A DNA stretch of 32,000 nt from Cereibacter sphaeroides 2.4.1. Its GTDB lineage: Bacteria; Pseudomonadota; Alphaproteobacteria; Rhodobacterales; Rhodobacteraceae. The stretch's first letter is position 1; every line of letters starts with the position of its first letter. Positions 28,929 to 32,000 of this stretch are shown here, one piece after another. The translations under genes were made by a program, and so were the position numbers. The stretch is taken from assembly GCF_000012905.2 (NCBI RefSeq), contig NC_007493.2:2550001-2582000 (forward strand), given 5' to 3'. A model generated the notes under the pieces. That model made no database searches. It was not told the DNA's origin and worked only from the letters and a program-made list of their open reading frames with translations.

Positions 28929-29076
28929 GCTCCGCCGCAGGGGCTTGCCAATTTCCCGTTGCAGCGGGGCGGCCTCCCCGCCCGTCCGGCCGCGGGAGCT
29001 AGCCCCATTTCCATGGCTCCGCGCGCGGCCTCCCCGCCCGTTACCTCTCCCGAGGAGGTAGATTTTCCCTCCCATC
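28910..29076 (+). repeat. three degenerate tandem units (period 55-56 bp) downstream of ychF
   Basis: The anchor CTCCCCGCCCG occurs at 28919, 28974 and 29030. GCGGCCTCCCCGCCCGT is identical at 28969-28985 and 29025-29041. Units 1 and 2 are about 85% identical for ~39 nt (..TCCGSCCGCRGGRGCTWGCC..ATTTCC). ATTT(T)CC recurs at 28951, 29007 and 29062, and also at 28882 inside the ychF tail. Confidence 0.65.
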
Positions 29077-29241
29077 AGGTGGATGTCATCGCCCGAAAGG
29101 GCAGGCACCGCTCGCCCCGCCTCACCGGGGGGAGGATCCACGGAGGGCGCGGCCTCGCCATTCCGATGCCTCGGGCCGACAGAAAGTCCGTCGAAGCAAA
29201 GGCCTCTGCCTGCTACAAAGGTGTCATTCATTTGATGACGG

Positions 29242-30696
29242 ATGGCCCCATTGAGCGATCTCATTCATCCCGTTCTTCTCTGCGGCGGTTCGGGCACACG
29301 CCTGTGGCCGCTGTCGCGCAAATCCTATCCCAAGCAGTTCGCCCGGCTGACGGGCGACGAGAGCCTCTATCAGGCATCGGCTCGGCGCCTGTCGGGGGCG
29401 GGGTTCGCCGCCCCCACCGTGGTGGCCGCCAGCGACTTCCGCTTCGTGGTGATCGAACAGCTCGCCGCGCTGAAGATCCAGCCCGGCTGCGTCCTGATCG
29501 AGCCCGAGGCCCGCAACACGGCGGGCGCCATCGCCGCAGCCGCACTGGCGCTCGAGGCGCGCAGGCCGGGCGCGCTGATGCTCGTGGCGCCCTCGGACCA
29601 TGTGATCCCCGATGCGGACCGGTTCCGCGCGGCGGTGCAGGCCGCGGCCCCGGCCGCGCGCGCGGGGCAGATCGTGACCTTCGGCATCCGCCCCGACAGG
29701 CCCGAGACGGGCTACGGCTGGCTCGAGCTCTCGACGCCCACCGCCGATTTCGCGCCCGAGCCGCAGCCGCTGCGGAGCTTCGTCGAGAAGCCGGACCTCG
29801 CCACGGCCGAACGGCTGCTGTCGGGCGGGATGCATCTGTGGAACGCGGGCATCTTCCTCTTCACCACGACCGCGATTCTCGAAGCGCTCGAGCGGCACGC
29901 GCCCGAGGTGCTGGCCCCGGTGCGGCAGGCGGTGGAGGCGGCCGAGAAGGACCTCTCGTTCACGCGGCTCGCGCCCGGCCCCTGGGCGGACCTGCCCGAC
30001 ATCTCGATCGATTATGCGGTGATGGAGCGCGCGGAGAACCTGACCGTCGTGCCCTATGCGGGCGCCTGGTCGGATCTGGGCGACTGGCAGGCGGTCTGGC
30101 GCGACGCGCCGCCGCAGGAGGGGGGCGTCGTGCTGAGCGGCCCCGCCACGGCGATCGACTGCCACGACAGCCTCCTGCAGGCGACGAACGCCGCGCAGCA
30201 GCTGGTGGGGATCGGCCTCACCGACATCATCGCGGTGGCCATGCCCGATGCGGTGCTGGTGGCCCACAAGGACCGGGCGCAGGAGGTGAAGCGGGCGGTG
30301 GCGGCGCTGAAGGCCAAGGGCGTGGAGCAGGCCGAGACGCTGCCGCGCGACTACCGGCCCTGGGGCTGGTACGAGAGCTTGGTGAAGGGGCCGCGCTTTC
30401 AGGTCAAGCGCATCGTCGTGACGCCGGGCGCGACGCTCTCGCTGCAGAGCCATCACCACCGGGCCGAGCACTGGATCGTGGTGGAGGGCACGGCGAAGGT
30501 CACCATCGACAATCAGGTGACGCTCGTGACCGAAAACCAGTCGGTCTATATCCCGCTCGGCGCGCGCCATCGGATGGAGAATCCGGGCAAGGTGCCGCTG
30601 ACGCTGATCGAGGTGCAGACCGGCGCCTATCTCGGCGAGGACGACATCATCCGCTACGAGGATGTCTATGCCCGCGGACAGGGCGCGCGGGGATGA
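29242..30696 (+). CDS. manC: bifunctional mannose-1-phosphate guanylyltransferase / mannose-6-phosphate isomerase (type II PMI-GMP; ManC/XanB/AlgA family)
   Basis: 484-aa ORF. N-terminal nucleotidyltransferase loop [15 protein letters not shown], ...[11 protein letters not shown]..., and the C-terminal cupin ...YRPWGWYE...[20 protein letters not shown]...ENPG... The symbol is given at family level only. Confidence 0.93.
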   Translation: MAPLSDLIHPVLLCGGSGTRLWPLSRKSYPKQFARLTGDESLYQASARRLSGAGFAAPTVVAASDFRFVVIEQLAALKIQPGCVLIEPEARNTAGAIAAAALALEARRPGALMLVAPSDHVIPDADRFRAAVQAAAPAARAGQIVTFGIRPDRPETGYGWLELSTPTADFAPEPQPLRSFVEKPDLATAERLLSGGMHLWNAGIFLFTTTAILEALERHAPEVLAPVRQAVEAAEKDLSFTRLAPGPWADLPDISIDYAVMERAENLTVVPYAGAWSDLGDWQAVWRDAPPQEGGVVLSGPATAIDCHDSLLQATNAAQQLVGIGLTDIIAVAMPDAVLVAHKDRAQEVKRAVAALKAKGVEQAETLPRDYRPWGWYESLVKGPRFQVKRIVVTPGATLSLQSHHHRAEHWIVVEGTAKVTIDNQVTLVTENQSVYIPLGARHRMENPGKVPLTLIEVQTGAYLGEDDIIRYEDVYARGQGARG

Positions 30697-32000
30697 GCGC
30701 GCTCGGCTGCTTCAAGGCCTACGACATCCGGGGGCGGCTGGGCGTCGATCTCGACGAGGGGATCGCCTACCGGATCGGGCGGGCCTTCGCCCGGGCGCTC
30801 GACGCGCGGACGGTGGTGCTCGGCCGCGACATCCGCGCCTCGTCCGAGGCGCTGGCCGCGCGGGTGGCGGAGGGCCTCGGGGACGAGGGCTGCCGGGTGC
30901 TGGATCTGGGTCTCTCGGGCACCGAGGAGATGTATGCGGCCACAAGCCACTTCGGGGCCGACGGCGGGATCTGTGTGACCGCCTCGCACAATCCCATGGA
31001 TTACAACGGGATGAAGATGGTGCGGCAGGGCTCGGCACCGCTCGATGCGGCGAGCGGGCTTGCGCGGATCCGGGAGCTGGCCGAGGCGGAGGATTTCGGC
31101 GCGGCCCGTCCGGGCGGGGCGGTCATGCCGGTGGCAGAGGAGGCGCGGCGGGCCTATGTGGAGCGCGTGCTGTCCTTCGTCGAGGTGGAGGCGCTGAAGC
31201 CCCTGAAGATCCTCGTCAATGCCGGCCACGGCGCGGCGGGGCCCACCTTCGACGCCATCGCGGCCCGTCTCGAGGCGCTGGGGGCGCCGCTCAGCTTCGA
31301 GCGGATGCACCATGCGCCCGACGGCACCTTCCCCGCCGGCATCCCGAACCCGCTCCTGCCCGAGAACCGGCCCGCCACCGCGGCGCGCGTGCGCGAGACC
31401 GGCGCCGATTTCGGCGTGGCCTGGGACGGCGACTTCGACCGCTGCTTCTTCTTCGACCACGAGGGCCGCTTCATCGACGGCGAATATGTGGTGGGCCTGC
31501 TTGCCGAGGCCTTTCTGGCGCGGCATCCGGGAGCGACCGTCATCCACGATCCCCGGATCATCTGGAACACGCAGGATGTGGTGGCCCGTGCCGGAGGGCG
31601 CGCCGTCCAGACCCGGACCGGCCACGCCTTCATCAAGCAGGCGATGCGCGACGAGGCGGCCCTTTATGGCGGCGAGATGTCGGCGCACCATTATTTCCGC
31701 GACTTCTACCATTGCGACAGCGGGATGATCCCCTGGCTGCTCGTGGCCGGGCTGGTGAGCCGCCACGGCCGCCTCGCGGATCTGGTGGCGGACCGCAGGG
31801 CGGCCTTTCCCTCGTCGGGCGAGCTCAATTTCGTGCTGGAGGATCCGGCGGCCGCGATGGCGCGGGTGCGGCAGGCCTTCGCGCCCGAGGCGCGGGCGGT
31901 GGACGAGATGGACGGGCTCGGCTTCGACCTCGGCTCATGGCGCTTCAACCTGCGGAGTTCGAACACCGAGCCCGTGGTGCGGCTGAATGTCGAGGCGAAG
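30693..32000 (+). CDS. manB: phosphomannomutase/phosphoglucomutase (ManB/AlgC family); 3' end beyond the right edge
   Basis: Absent from the ORF track because it is open at the edge. ATG 30693 overlaps the manC stop as ATGA. Translation: [33 protein letters not shown]...[17 protein letters not shown] (phosphoserine loop)...[15 protein letters not shown] (metal loop)...[10 protein letters not shown]...[15 protein letters not shown]. It stays in frame to position 32000. Confidence 0.93.
   Translation, partial: MSALGCFKAYDIRGRLGVDLDEGIAYRIGRAFARALDARTVVLGRDIRASSEALAARVAEGLGDEGCRVLDLGLSGTEEMYAATSHFGADGGICVTASHNPMDYNGMKMVRQGSAPLDAASGLARIRELAEAEDFGAARPGGAVMPVAEEARRAYVERVLSFVEVEALKPLKILVNAGHGAAGPTFDAIAARLEALGAPLSFERMHHAPDGTFPAGIPNPLLPENRPATAARVRETGADFGVAWDGDFDRCFFFDHEGRFIDGEYVVGLLAEAFLARHPGATVIHDPRIIWNTQDVVARAGGRAVQTRTGHAFIKQAMRDEAALYGGEMSAHHYFRDFYHCDSGMIPWLLVAGLVSRHGRLADLVADRRAAFPSSGELNFVLEDPAAAMARVRQAFAPEARAVDEMDGLGFDLGSWRFNLRSSNTEPVVRLNVEAK

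Noticed and set aside
28910-29076. Mini CRISPR-like array (conserved 17-mer with a ~56-bp period)
   Set aside because: There are only three copies. Similarity extends through most of each unit rather than alternating identical repeats with unique spacers. The repeats are degenerate, and there are no cas genes in the window.
27311-29264. 563-aa plus-strand and 638-aa minus-strand ORFs covering ychF and its flanks
   Set aside because: They are out of frame or antisense to ychF and run through obviously non-coding repeat DNA. The same reasoning applies to 14144..15871(-), 18048..19556(+), 22616..23890(-), 23907..25430(+), 29224..30570(-) and 30666..31766(-).

Overview
This is a very GC-rich segment (about two-thirds G+C by eye, with strong GC3 bias). 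The proteins look alphaproteobacterial and Rhodobacteraceae-like; that is judged from recall, not from a search. I can support 27 protein-coding genes, nearly all core housekeeping. Left to right they are: a Dpp/Opp-type ABC permease and binding protein, a nitroreductase, a CysZ/EI24-like membrane protein, DUF1467, methylmalonyl-CoA epimerase, an orphan response regulator and a GNAT acetyltransferase. Next come aspS, pabC, pabB, a solitary carB, a RhlE-like DEAD-box helicase, a 58-aa membrane peptide missing from the ORF track, cytochrome b561 and an alpha/beta hydrolase. These are followed by a hypothetical protein, glyA, nadK, pth, an ABM monooxygenase, rplY, an MFS transporter and an LldD-like FMN dehydrogenase. 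The window ends with an HPP+CBS membrane protein, a solitary trpA, ychF and manC/manB-like genes. I found no rRNA, tRNA, CRISPR array, transposase, integrase or phage gene. I do not see a convincing new multi-gene system: there is no defence, toxin-antitoxin or secretion-like module. The unusual material is non-coding. (1) An uninterrupted G20 homopolymer abuts a GCGGCCGC site in the spacer between the ABM gene and rplY. (2) Several spacers carry 2-3 degenerate tandem copies (about 55-59 bp, or about 85 bp) that echo the adjacent gene end; this occurs at the ABM 3' end, MFS 5' end, ychF 3' end and carB 3' end, with a weaker case at the HPP-CBS 3' end. (3) A frameshifted RTX-repeat relic sits in the 624-bp spacer between carB and the helicase. 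(4) The usually contiguous rplY-pth(-ychF) arrangement is broken. The many long Arg/Ala/Gly/Pro-rich ORFs in the track are off-frame or antisense shadows of real genes. Overall this is an ordinary core region with a few modest-interest structural oddities.
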